Positions 8,130-16,502 of a stretch of DNA of 64,000 nucleotides are shown here, piece after piece. Position 1 is the stretch's first letter; the number at the start of each line of letters is the position of its first letter. This DNA is from Clostridiales bacterium. GTDB lineage: Bacteria > Bacillota > Clostridia > Oscillospirales > CAG-272. The notes below the pieces were generated by a model, which was not told the DNA's origin, did not search any database, and saw nothing but the letters and a program-made list of their open reading frames with translations. The stretch is taken from positions 1,315 through 65,314 of the forward strand of contig JAAYHB010000003.1 in NCBI GenBank assembly GCA_012727435.1, in the 5' to 3' direction. Both the position numbers and the translations under genes were made by a program.

Positions 8130-9551
8130 TTAATTTCTATTCTGCCGCGTCTTTAGCACACCAAGCTGCCCGAGTGCACCGACAAGGCAGTCGTACAGCT
8201 CCCGCCGGTTTGCCAGCAGCATGAGCAGCATGAGACCCGCACCAAACGCCCACCAGAAAGGAACAGCGGCCACCGTCACGGCGCAGATTCCCGCAAGCAA
8301 CAATGCGTTGGCCGAAAGCTTCAGATAATCGACCTTAAAGCGGATATACTTCTGGACGGTCACGGTACGGATTACAAACACCAAAAGGTAGCTGAGCAGT
8401 GTCGCTATCGCCGCACCCTGCGCACCCAGAGGCGGGATCAGCGAAAAGTTGAGCGCAAGATTTGCTAGTGCCCCGAACATTGAGGTCAGGAAGGATAGCC
8501 GGGTTTTTTTCTTGACCATATACACGCTGCCCATGAACATGGTCAGCGCCGAGGCTACCGCTGCCGCTGTCAGCACAGGGATATATACCCATGAGCCGGC
8601 ATAGCTTGACGCAAACAACAGCCTGACAAACACGCGGCATAAAAGCGCGACGCCCGCGCCGACAAGGAACATCAGCCCCGAATAATACCCGAACACCCTG
8701 CCGAAAAATTCGGACTGCGCCTTCTCCTCCGCATCCCTGACCGCCGAAAACTGCCATGCCTCATAAAAGACCATGCAGACGAGCGTCAGCAGGGTCGGGA
8801 TTTTGTAGGCGGCAGCATAAAGCCCGCTTATGCTGTCGCCGCAGAGCCAGGTCACAAAATAGCGGTCGGACACGTTGGTAATCCACCAGAAAATCGTGGT
8901 GGGTATCAACGGCAGGCTGTAGCGCAGCAGCTCGCGCATGAGCCCGCGGTCAAGTCTGCCCCGGGCAAGGTCGCGGTACAGTCCGGCGTATATCAGCAGC
9001 ATAACCCCGACCATGAAGTCGGCGACCACCACAGAGAGCACGAAGCCGACAACTCCCATGTCAAAAAGGAGCAGGAACAAAAGGTTGAAGCAGATAACCA
9101 ATGCGGTGTTGATTATCCCCTGCGCCGCAAAGAGCTTCGGGCGGTCGTTTGCACGGACATACTGGGCGCAGACCGAGTGGAAATTCGACGCGAGCACATA
9201 TAGAATTATCAGCCAGACATAACCGGTAAAATAATCGACCAGAAAAAGCAGAGGCGACAGAATCAGAAAACCCGCCGATGCGGCGGCCAGCGCCCCGGCC
9301 CCGGTTCTCAGTACCGTCGGCTTGTCTGCCCTCGAGTCGAGCGCAAAGCGGAACACTCCGTCGGTGACCCCGAGGCAGGCCAGCGGGATGAGCAGGTTTG
9401 CGGTCTGCGAGATGAGCTCGGCGGTGTTGTATTGCTCCGGCAAAAGACAAGCAGTATACAGCGGCATGAGCAAAAGCACCAGGGCCTTCGACGCGAAGGT
9501 CCCGATGCCGAGTATTATGGTGTCCGACATCAGTTTTCTATATTGGTTCAT
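8130..9551 (-). CDS. MOP-superfamily polysaccharide/lipid-linked oligosaccharide flippase (Wzx/MurJ/SpoVB-like)
   Basis: Polytopic membrane protein. Start trimmed to MNQYRKLMSDTIILGIGTF (ATG 9551), because the longer ORF runs into a repeat element. Confidence 0.75.
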   Translation of the reverse strand: MNQYRKLMSDTIILGIGTFASKALVLLLMPLYTACLLPEQYNTAELISQTANLLIPLACLGVTDGVFRFALDSRADKPTVLRTGAGALAAASAGFLILSPLLFLVDYFTGYVWLIILYVLASNFHSVCAQYVRANDRPKLFAAQGIINTALVICFNLLFLLLFDMGVVGFVLSVVVADFMVGVMLLIYAGLYRDLARGRLDRGLMRELLRYSLPLIPTTIFWWITNVSDRYFVTWLCGDSISGLYAAAYKIPTLLTLVCMVFYEAWQFSAVRDAEEKAQSEFFGRVFGYYSGLMFLVGAGVALLCRVFVRLLFASSYAGSWVYIPVLTAAAVASALTMFMGSVYMVKKKTRLSFLTSMFGALANLALNFSLIPPLGAQGAAIATLLSYLLVFVIRTVTVQKYIRFKVDYLKLSANALLLAGICAVTVAAVPFWWAFGAGLMLLMLLANRRELYDCLVGALGQLGVLKTRQNRN

Positions 9552-9558
9552 GCAACTT

Positions 9559-9630
9559 CCCGGGGCATTGCCCCCGGACCCCCGCCAAAGGAACTTTTTT
9601 GAAAAAGGTTCCTTTGAAATCCTCAATAAC
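9559..9630 (+). repeat. bipartite double-hairpin intergenic repeat, copy 1
   Basis: CCCGGGGCATTGCCCCCGG, ACCCCCGCC, AAAGGAACTTTTTTGAAAAAGGTTCCTTT, GAAATCCTCAATAAC. It lies in the 5' UTR of the flippase gene. Confidence 0.8.
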
Positions 9631-9664
9631 TTCAAGCAAACACAAAAAAAGCTTATTATATGTA

Positions 9665-9693
9665 ATTATAACCCGCGGAGAGATGATAATCAA
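9665..9693 (-). promoter_or_regulatory. sigmaA-type promoter for the flippase gene
   Basis: Minus strand TTGATT (9693..9688), 17-nt spacer, TATAAT (9670..9665). Confidence 0.5.
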
Positions 9694-9837
9694 TAGCTTT
9701 GCCAAAATTGAGAAGTTCATTGCAAAAGAAGGCGCGCCGGGATATCTACCTGTAAAGTATGATTCGAGGCATGCACCGCGCGCATTCTCTTAGTCGACCA
9801 GCGGGCCGATGGCATTAACTAGCGATTTGGTTTGATA

Positions 9838-9906
9838 GTTTTTGGGGATTCTAAAACCCCTTTTCTCAAAAGGGGTTTTAGCGGGAGTTGGGGGCAGCGC
9901 CCCCAA
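9838..9906 (-). repeat. bipartite double-hairpin intergenic repeat, copy 2 (inverted)
   Basis: GTTTTTGGGGATTC, TAAAACCCCTTTTCTCAAAAGGGGTTTTA, GCGGGAGTT, GGGGGCAGCGCCCCC. Confidence 0.8.
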
Positions 9907-9919
9907 AAAACGAAAACAT

Positions 9920-9941
9920 AAAAGGGGCCTCTGCCCCTTTT
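9920..9941. terminator. bidirectional hairpin terminator
   Basis: AAAAGGGGCCTCTGCCCCTTTT: a GC stem flanked by an A-run and a T-run. Confidence 0.6.
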
Positions 9942-10177
9942 ATATACCCCGCCTGGCCGTGTACCGGCATTTAGAAACCCTGCTCTCTGCAAGGGCGGTG
10001 TCCTATCCTCCGTTTTTCTGCTCCCAGCGTCCTGCCCCCCGTGTCGAGACAAGTCAATCGAGGCGAGGGGAGGGAGGTCTGCAAACCCTTCGGAATTTAT
10101 TTCGGACTCCTTTATTCTGTTGTGGGTCTTAACGCACGGTATCACGCACCACGCAGGAATTACGATATGTTAATGAA

Positions 10178-10486
10178 TTATTCTTCTTCACCCTCGGCGT
10201 CCGGGTTGTCAAAGTCTATTTCCCGGGAAAAGAGGTCATCAAAGTAATCGGCGACGTCTTCGAATTCGTCGTCATCTTCGATGGTGACCCATTCGGGTAC
10301 ACCGTCCTCTCCGATTATCTCCTTGAGTATGGTATACTCGGCATATTCCTCATCGCCTTCCATGTCGTCAACCGGCATCAGGGCGTAATAAACATTTCCG
10401 TCAAGCTCGCAGCGCCCGATCAACTCGAACTGATATTCATTGCCTTCCTCGTCTGTCAGCGTGTAGATTTCGTCACCAAATTCCAT
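10178..10486 (-). CDS. DUF1292 domain protein
   Basis: 102 aa, acidic. The signature EYQFELIG..DGNVYYALMPVDD is typical of DUF1292. Confidence 0.85.
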   Translation of the reverse strand: MEFGDEIYTLTDEEGNEYQFELIGRCELDGNVYYALMPVDDMEGDEEYAEYTILKEIIGEDGVPEWVTIEDDDEFEDVADYFDDLFSREIDFDNPDAEGEEE

Positions 10487-10675
10487 ATTATAAAGTCCTT
10501 TCAGTGAATCCTGTAGGGATTCGCTTTGCTGATTTTATTGTATCTTATCGCTCACAAAAAGTCAATACAAAAACGCAAAGAAATTATTTACTTTTTCTGT
10601 AACCGGGCCCATAATCGCGGCTGATAATTCTCACGCGGCGAATCATGTCTGGTCGGCTCGGAGTATGTCGGGAGG

Positions 10676-11806
10676 TCAGAGGTCGAGCACGCTTGACAAA
10701 ACCGAGTTGCTGACAAGCATGCCGCGCGGGGTGAACCTGTAACCTGAATCATCTGCGATGACAAGCCCGAGGTCCATGAATTCACGGAACCTTGCATCGT
10801 ACTTTTTATGCGGGTCAGACCCGAAGCGCCTTGCATACTCGCCGGCGACAAGCCCGGTCGTGCGGCGCATGGTAAGCATGACATATTCGGTCTCAAGGTC
10901 GGCGTCGGTCAGTTTTATCCGGCTGGCCTTATCCACATATTCACCACGGCAGAACCGCTCAAGGCTTGCGGGGCAGGCAAAGCGCTCGCCGCCGAAGCAG
11001 GAGTGGGCAGACGCCCCGAAGCCAAGGTATTCGTCACAGCTCCAGTATTTTATGTTGTGCCGGCATTCATACCCGGGCCGAGCAAAATTGCTGATTTCGT
11101 ATTGATAAAATCCGCTCCCGGCCAAAAACTCTATTGTGCCGAGATACATTTCGGCAACCTCGTCCTCGCCGGGCAGCTCCGGCCGGCCGGCCGTCTTCCC
11201 GAAGGGCGTGCCCTCCTCGATTTTAAGGCAGTAGGCCGAGACATGCTCGGGCTCCAGATCCGAGAGCCGCTTGAGAGTATTTAACAGGCTTTTTGTGCTC
11301 TGGCCCGGGATTCCTATCATGATATCGGCGCTGATATTTCCAAACCCCGCGTCGCGCGCGTCGTGATAGGTTCTAAAAAAATCCGACACGGTGTGGATTC
11401 TGCCGAGAGAGAGCAGTTCGCCGTCATCAAGGCTCTGCGCGCCGATGCTCAGACGGTTGACCCCCAGCGTCCGCAGGCCGCGCAGGTACCCGGCATCAGC
11501 CGTCGCCGGGTTGCACTCGCAGGATACCTCGGCATCGGGGGCAATGTCATAATTGCCATGCAGCGCCTCAAAAAGCAGCCCGAAATCGCGCAGTGAAAGC
11601 AAGGTCGGCGTGCCGCCGCCGAAATACACCGTGTCGACGGTGTGCTCCCTGCACATACGGCTCCAAACCCTTAGCTGCCCCGCCACCGCCGCGGCATACC
11701 GGCTGATTTCCTCCTTTTGGCAGCCGGCATTGGAGTAAAAATCGCAGTAGGGGCACCTGCTCCGGCAGAAGGGTATGTGTATATATATGCCGAGTTTCTT
11801 TTTCAT
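10676..11806 (-). CDS. hemW: radical SAM family heme chaperone HemW (coproporphyrinogen III oxidase-like)
   Basis: Start trimmed to MKKKLGIYIHIPFC. CxxxCxxC motif is CRSRCPYCDF. It sits downstream of lepA, as is common. Confidence 0.85.
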   Translation of the reverse strand: MKKKLGIYIHIPFCRSRCPYCDFYSNAGCQKEEISRYAAAVAGQLRVWSRMCREHTVDTVYFGGGTPTLLSLRDFGLLFEALHGNYDIAPDAEVSCECNPATADAGYLRGLRTLGVNRLSIGAQSLDDGELLSLGRIHTVSDFFRTYHDARDAGFGNISADIMIGIPGQSTKSLLNTLKRLSDLEPEHVSAYCLKIEEGTPFGKTAGRPELPGEDEVAEMYLGTIEFLAGSGFYQYEISNFARPGYECRHNIKYWSCDEYLGFGASAHSCFGGERFACPASLERFCRGEYVDKASRIKLTDADLETEYVMLTMRRTTGLVAGEYARRFGSDPHKKYDARFREFMDLGLVIADDSGYRFTPRGMLVSNSVLSSVLDL

Positions 11807-11896
11807 TTTATGAAAAATCCTGTCCCGGCGCCAGCCGGGCAGCCTGTTGTTATTGTATAACCTGCACAAAAGCTTTGTAAATTCTGATAAGCCCGT

Positions 11897-13717
11897 TTAG
11901 TCTTCGTCGTTCAGCCTGAAGACCGCCATGAAAGCCTCGGGTTCAATCTGAACCGAGCCGAGCTGACGCATCCTCTTTTTGCCTTCCTTCTGCTTTTCAA
12001 GAAGCTTTTTCTTCCGTGTTATGTCACCGCCGTAGCATTTTGCAAGCACGTCCTTACGCAGCGCCTTGACGGTCTCGCGCGCGATAATGCGCCTGCCTAC
12101 CGCCGCCTGTATAGGCACCTCGAAAAGCTGGCGGGGTATGTTTTCCTTGAGCTTTTCGGCAATCCTGCGCGCCATGGAATAGACCTTGTCCTCATGTACG
12201 ATAAATGTGAGCGCGTCGACCTGTTCGCCGTTTATCAGGAAATCAAGCTTGACCAGATTGCTCTCGGCATAACCGTCAAACTCGTAATCAAGCGAGGCAT
12301 ATCCCCGAGAGCGGCTCTTGAGGGCGTCGAAAAAATCAAATACAATCTCGGAGAGCGGCAACCGGTAGACAAGTTCTACCCGTGTGGGGTCGAGGTATTT
12401 CATATCGATAAACACCCCCCGCCGCTCCTGACAGAGCTCCATCAGCCCGCCGACATATTCGCTCGGCGTGATTATCCCGGCTTTGACTATCGGCTCGTAT
12501 GCCTTCTCGATTTCGTCTGCCGACGGGAAGTCGGTCGGGTTGTCTATCTTTATCCTGCCCCGGTTTTTGCACTCTACCTCATAGATAACGCTCGGCGCGG
12601 TGGTTATCAGGTCAAGATTGAACTCGCGCTCGAGCCGCTCCTCGATGATTTCCATATGGAGCAGACCGAGGAAACCGCAGCGAAATCCGGATCCCAGCGC
12701 CACCGAGCTCTCGGGCTCAAAGACCAACGAGGCGTCGTTGAGCCTGAGCTTCTCAAGCGCTTCGCGCAGGTCTTCGTATCTGGCGCCGTCGGCAGGATAT
12801 ATGCCGGCGAAAACCATCGGGTTGACCTTCTTGAAACCCGGCAACGGCTCGGCGCAGGGCCGGTCGGCCGAGGTTATGGTATCGCCTACCCGCGTGTCGC
12901 CGACATTTTTTATTGAAGCAGTAATGTACCCTACATCGCCCGCCGCAAGGCAGTCACGCTTCTCCAGACCGAAGGGCTCCATAATCCCGACGTCGACCAC
13001 CTCAAAGGTTTTCCTGCTGGACATCATCATTATCCTGTCCCCCGGGCGCACGCAGCCGTCCATCACCCGGACGTAAACCACCACCCCGAGGTAGCTGTCG
13101 TAGTAAGAGTCGAAAATCAGGCAGCGGAGCGGAGCGTCCTCATCTCCGCCGGGCGGCGGGATGTCCCTGACTATCCGCTCGAGCACCTGATCTATACCCG
13201 CTCCCAGCTTTGCCGAAATCGCCGGGCAGTCTGCGGCAGGTATGCCGATAATTTCTTCTATCTCGTTCCTTACCCGCTCAATATCGGCGGCCGGCAGGTC
13301 GATTTTGTTTATCACCGGCACGATTTCAAGATTTGCATCGATTGCAAGATAGGCGTTTGCCAGGGTCTGTGCCTCTACTCCCTGCGTGGCGTCGACAACC
13401 AAAAGCGCGCCCTCGCAGGCATTTAGCGAGCGCGATACCTCGTAGTTGAAGTCGACATGCCCCGGGGTGTCTATCAGGTTGAGGGTATAAACCTCGCCGT
13501 CTGGTGCGGTATAGTTAAGCCTCACGGCGTGCGCCTTGATTGTTATCCCGCGCTCGCGCTCAAGGTCCATGCTGTCGAGCAGCTGCTCCTTTATCTCGCG
13601 CTTTGAGACAGTAGAGGTTGCCTCAAGCAGCCGGTCGGCAAGCGTCGACTTGCCGTGGTCGATGTGGGCAATAATCGAGAAATTCCGTATGCGCTTTTGC
13701 CGGGCGGTCTTATCCAT
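11897..13717 (-). CDS. lepA: translation elongation factor 4 (LepA)
   Basis: 606 aa with G-motifs [18 protein letters not shown] and NKID. RBS is AAAGGAGG. Confidence 0.97.
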   Translation of the reverse strand: MDKTARQKRIRNFSIIAHIDHGKSTLADRLLEATSTVSKREIKEQLLDSMDLERERGITIKAHAVRLNYTAPDGEVYTLNLIDTPGHVDFNYEVSRSLNACEGALLVVDATQGVEAQTLANAYLAIDANLEIVPVINKIDLPAADIERVRNEIEEIIGIPAADCPAISAKLGAGIDQVLERIVRDIPPPGGDEDAPLRCLIFDSYYDSYLGVVVYVRVMDGCVRPGDRIMMMSSRKTFEVVDVGIMEPFGLEKRDCLAAGDVGYITASIKNVGDTRVGDTITSADRPCAEPLPGFKKVNPMVFAGIYPADGARYEDLREALEKLRLNDASLVFEPESSVALGSGFRCGFLGLLHMEIIEERLEREFNLDLITTAPSVIYEVECKNRGRIKIDNPTDFPSADEIEKAYEPIVKAGIITPSEYVGGLMELCQERRGVFIDMKYLDPTRVELVYRLPLSEIVFDFFDALKSRSRGYASLDYEFDGYAESNLVKLDFLINGEQVDALTFIVHEDKVYSMARRIAEKLKENIPRQLFEVPIQAAVGRRIIARETVKALRKDVLAKCYGGDITRKKKLLEKQKEGKKRMRQLGSVQIEPEAFMAVFRLNDED

Positions 13718-13895
13718 TTGACCTCCTTTGAGTATCCTGCGTTTTAGTCAAGGGGGGTGTCCCGAACAATTCAATTTATTATATAACAAAACAGGCATTT
13801 TCACAATAGAGTTTTTTTATTTCCCGGCATAGCGCAGCCGAGGGGGCCGCCCGGCCCCCTCTTTATTGTTTACTCCCGTTTTTTGTACGTATACT

Positions 13896-13988
13896 TTATC
13901 TGCCACCACAGCAGCAGCAAATTATCAGGAGCGCAATGATGATGATCCAAATGCACTCATCATCGAAAATATTGCATAAGCAGTTCAT
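13896..13988 (-). CDS. unannotated 30-aa Cys-rich hydrophobic peptide (MNCLCNIFDDECIWIIIIALLIICCCCGGR)
   Basis: ATG 13988 to TAA 13896, with GGGAGG 7 nt upstream of the ATG. It stands alone in a 660-bp intergenic gap and is below the ORF-track length cutoff. Confidence 0.45.
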   Translation of the reverse strand: MNCLCNIFDDECIWIIIIALLIICCCCGGR

Positions 13989-14253
13989 TACATGACCTCC
14001 CTTCCGGGCGCCGTGGCTCCTTGCCCGAATCTTTTCACGAGGATTGCTGAAGCTTGCTCCTCGGTATCATATTATGCGGGAAAAGTCAGAATGTGATATT
14101 TACAAGGAGTAAATTGTAAAATCACGGCGCACAATGGGGGTTTGTGTAGATATAGTTATTAGTATCAGTGGATGCTTGGAAACGCGCGGGCAGCACATCA
14201 CAGCCATGCGGCTTACTAAACATTTCATAACATAATTAATAATTTGGCATAAA

Positions 14254-14321
14254 GTTTTTGGGAATTCTTAAGACCCTTTTTTCAAAAAGGGTCTTAAGCG
14301 GGGGTTCGGGGGCAGAGCCCC
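14254..14321 (-). repeat. bipartite double-hairpin intergenic repeat, copy 3 (inverted)
   Basis: GTTTTTGGGAATTC, TTAAGACCCTTTTTTCAAAAAGGGTCTTAA, GCGGGGGTTC, GGGGGCAGAGCCCC. Confidence 0.8.
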
Positions 14322-14348
14322 TTAAGAAAAGCGGGGCGGAGCCCCGCG

Positions 14349-14375
14349 AAAAAAGGGGAGCCCGGCCGGGCTCCC
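14349..14375 (-). terminator. intrinsic terminator of the 14382..15023 gene
   Basis: Minus strand GGGAGCCCGGCCGGGCTCCC followed by CTTTTTT, 6 nt after the stop codon. Confidence 0.75.
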
Positions 14376-14381
14376 GTTTGG

Positions 14382-15023
14382 TTATTCAAGATGCAGGCTA
14401 TCGCAATTGAGAAAGGCGTGTGCTCCCAGCAGCGAGTCGGTCGGCACATCGCGCACAGCACCGCACTTCTTGCAGCTTATGCGTATTGCATCGTCGAGCA
14501 CCTCGGCAGAATATTCGCCGTCTCCGGGTTTGCAGCGGCAGAAAATTTTGTTTTCGGCCTCAAGGTCGTGAATGACGAACATTATTATATCGAATATCTG
14601 CGGGTCGGAGAGGATTTTTTCCTCCTCGCCGTGCAGCGAGGCAAAACTGCTGATACCGTTTGCCCGAAGAATATCGAGCAGCTCGAGCTCGGACCGTGCC
14701 AGCTCGGCCCGTATGCGTTCGGCGTCGCCGGTAAAACTGATGTTGATGTCAGAGTAAGGGCAGGCCAGCGCAAACAAATCCCGCCCGAAGAACAAGGTTG
14801 AACTTATCGTGAAATTATGGGGTCTCGGGCAGAATATGCAGGGCACTGTCAGCCTCACCTTTCCGTCCTTTGAGTAGGCAACCGACATTTCGCTGTGCCC
14901 GCAGTCGCATTTTAGCTTTATTATGTCTGCAGATAGTGAAAACAGACCTACAGCGCTCAGTATACCGGCCCCGCAGTAAGGACAGCGGTAAGCGACGGTA
15001 GTCTGTTTTGAATCAAGAACCAT
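14382..15023 (-). CDS. hypothetical Cys-rich (zinc-ribbon-like) protein
   Basis: 213-aa ORF with paired cysteines CPYCG, CDCGH, CIFCP, CRCKPG and CKKCG. I do not recognise a family. Confidence 0.6.
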   Translation of the reverse strand: MVLDSKQTTVAYRCPYCGAGILSAVGLFSLSADIIKLKCDCGHSEMSVAYSKDGKVRLTVPCIFCPRPHNFTISSTLFFGRDLFALACPYSDINISFTGDAERIRAELARSELELLDILRANGISSFASLHGEEEKILSDPQIFDIIMFVIHDLEAENKIFCRCKPGDGEYSAEVLDDAIRISCKKCGAVRDVPTDSLLGAHAFLNCDSLHLE

Positions 15024-15319
15024 ATGTTGTATCCATCCCTTTCCCGATACCCCGGGCGTGCGCCCGCGGTATTCCCGGTCGGATTCATACCGGGAAATGA
15101 TAATCAGAGCATGAAAGCTTCACCCTTCATTTTGGCTTGTTTGGCTGCGCCGGCGGCCGGCAGCCTGCTACCAGTATATGACTCACGGGTGCCTGATGCA
15201 ATAAGTCAAGCCGCGGGCAGAGGCATTTTGCAGATATAAAATCTATAATGATATTATTGCCTGAAATTGCCGCTCTGATGTGTGCAGGCTTGTCCGCAGG
15301 CCTGCCTTGTTAAGCCGGG

Positions 15320-16393
15320 TTAAAAATCAAGCTCAAGCCCTTCAATAAGCTCCTCGGAAACAAGGGTACCGTATTTCTCCTTCATCTGACTGAACCAGTC
15401 TTCGAACATTTTGTCGACAAGAGCAAGCTTTGCATTTACAACGTTAACCGGGTCGCCGTCAGACTCGTAATAGACAATGTATGCGCCATAGTTCGAGGAA
15501 ATTACGGCCATATCTCCTACTTTGCGTGCCTCGGCACCGTAAAGCCAGCCGTCTATCTCGGAGCGCATATCGCCCTTTGCCACATTCTCATAATAAATCT
15601 TACCGCTGTCGGAATGCTCGGCGGCATACCTCTCAAAAACCCCATATATCACCTGTTCCTCGGCTCTGAGCCGATTCAAAATGCTCTCGGCCGCAGCCGC
15701 CGCATCCTCGGGAGAGGCGTATTTTTCCGGGGACAGCACAATAACTCCGATATTCCTGGTCGGCGTGGTGTCTGTGCTGCCATCCTGCTTTATCTGCGCC
15801 TGAATCATCTCATCGGTAACCGAGCCTAAAAACCTTTCCTCAAGCACCTCGGAATACTTGCGCGAGAGACTCTCAAGCTCGTAGGCAGCCTGCAGCACCG
15901 CCTCGGTGATGTATGTATTGTTATAAATCTGGGCCAGATAATCGTCGAGCGAATATCCGTCGGTTGCGGCGACTATCCGGTGCTGGACCAGCGTATCCTC
16001 AATTGACCGAAGGTCTTCCGAGTCGAGCTCCACTCCGTCGTCCGCGGCAGCGTTGCACCATATAAGAAGTGAGGTCAGTATGTCGGTCGCCCGCACGACG
16101 AGTATGTCGTACCAGGTGTGCTGGTCGTCGTACATCTGGTCTTTGAGCGATTTTTCGGCGTCGAAATTATGCTCGATTAAATCCTCCTCGGTAAACTCAT
16201 AGGCCGCCTTGTAGATGTAATAGACAAGCAGTCCCTCCGAAGCCTTGAACTTTAGCCCTTTCTCTGTCGTGTCCCCGGTGTCTTCTGTCCTGTCTGTGTC
16301 ATTATCACCCTTATCGCCGTCCTTGCAGGAAGCAAGGGCAAAGATACAGCAGAGCGCAAGCAGGACACACAAAAGCCTTGCATAAGTTTTCAT
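15320..16393 (-). CDS. lipoprotein with a degenerate parvulin (PpiC/PrsA-like) domain
   Basis: Start trimmed to MKTYARLL (ATG 16393). Lipobox is LASC. The C-terminal domain aligns with the neighbouring parvulin but reads NIGVIVL and GAYIVYY where conserved His residues are expected. Confidence 0.75.
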   Translation of the reverse strand: MKTYARLLCVLLALCCIFALASCKDGDKGDNDTDRTEDTGDTTEKGLKFKASEGLLVYYIYKAAYEFTEEDLIEHNFDAEKSLKDQMYDDQHTWYDILVVRATDILTSLLIWCNAAADDGVELDSEDLRSIEDTLVQHRIVAATDGYSLDDYLAQIYNNTYITEAVLQAAYELESLSRKYSEVLEERFLGSVTDEMIQAQIKQDGSTDTTPTRNIGVIVLSPEKYASPEDAAAAAESILNRLRAEEQVIYGVFERYAAEHSDSGKIYYENVAKGDMRSEIDGWLYGAEARKVGDMAVISSNYGAYIVYYESDGDPVNVVNAKLALVDKMFEDWFSQMKEKYGTLVSEELIEGLELDF

Positions 16394-16502
16394 GACCAAA
16401 AGCCTTTCTTAAGTTAATTTTTGGCTGCCTTATCTTCTACGGGACCCGATGAGCTGATCTTAACTTTGGAGATACAAGCGGGTGTGGATACACCCGCTTT
16501 GT

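Noticed and set aside
7944-8130. I checked both tRNA loci (7944..8020 and 37360..37448) for genomic-island signatures: integrase, direct repeat of the tRNA 3' end, or an abrupt composition change.
   Set aside because: Each tRNA is followed by its own terminator and then ordinary chromosomal genes. I found no second copy of either tRNA 3' end in the window.
9940-9965. The plus-strand CCCCGCCTGGCC resembles the 3' CCGCCUGGGC element of the ZTP (pfl) riboswitch.
   Set aside because: The required upstream sub-domain (GACUGGCG-type helix and pseudoknot partner) is absent on that strand, and there is no downstream purine or folate gene.
9599-10145. ORFs 9599..9793, 9819..10145 and 9842..10132, and similarly 22362..22565 and 30009..30224, giving peptides such as GGSAPKK, FLKKVPLKS and WGRCPHTPA.
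   Set aside because: They start or run inside the double-hairpin repeat copies. The same peptide fragments recur only because the DNA repeat recurs. They have no RBS and occur in both orientations.
14134-14235. 33-aa plus-strand ORF (MGVCVDIVISISGCLETRGQHITAMRLTKHFIT) in the same gap as the Cys-rich peptide gene.
   Set aside because: There is no Shine-Dalgarno within 15 nt of the ATG and no terminator, and the composition is unremarkable. It is much weaker than the minus-strand 30-aa ORF.
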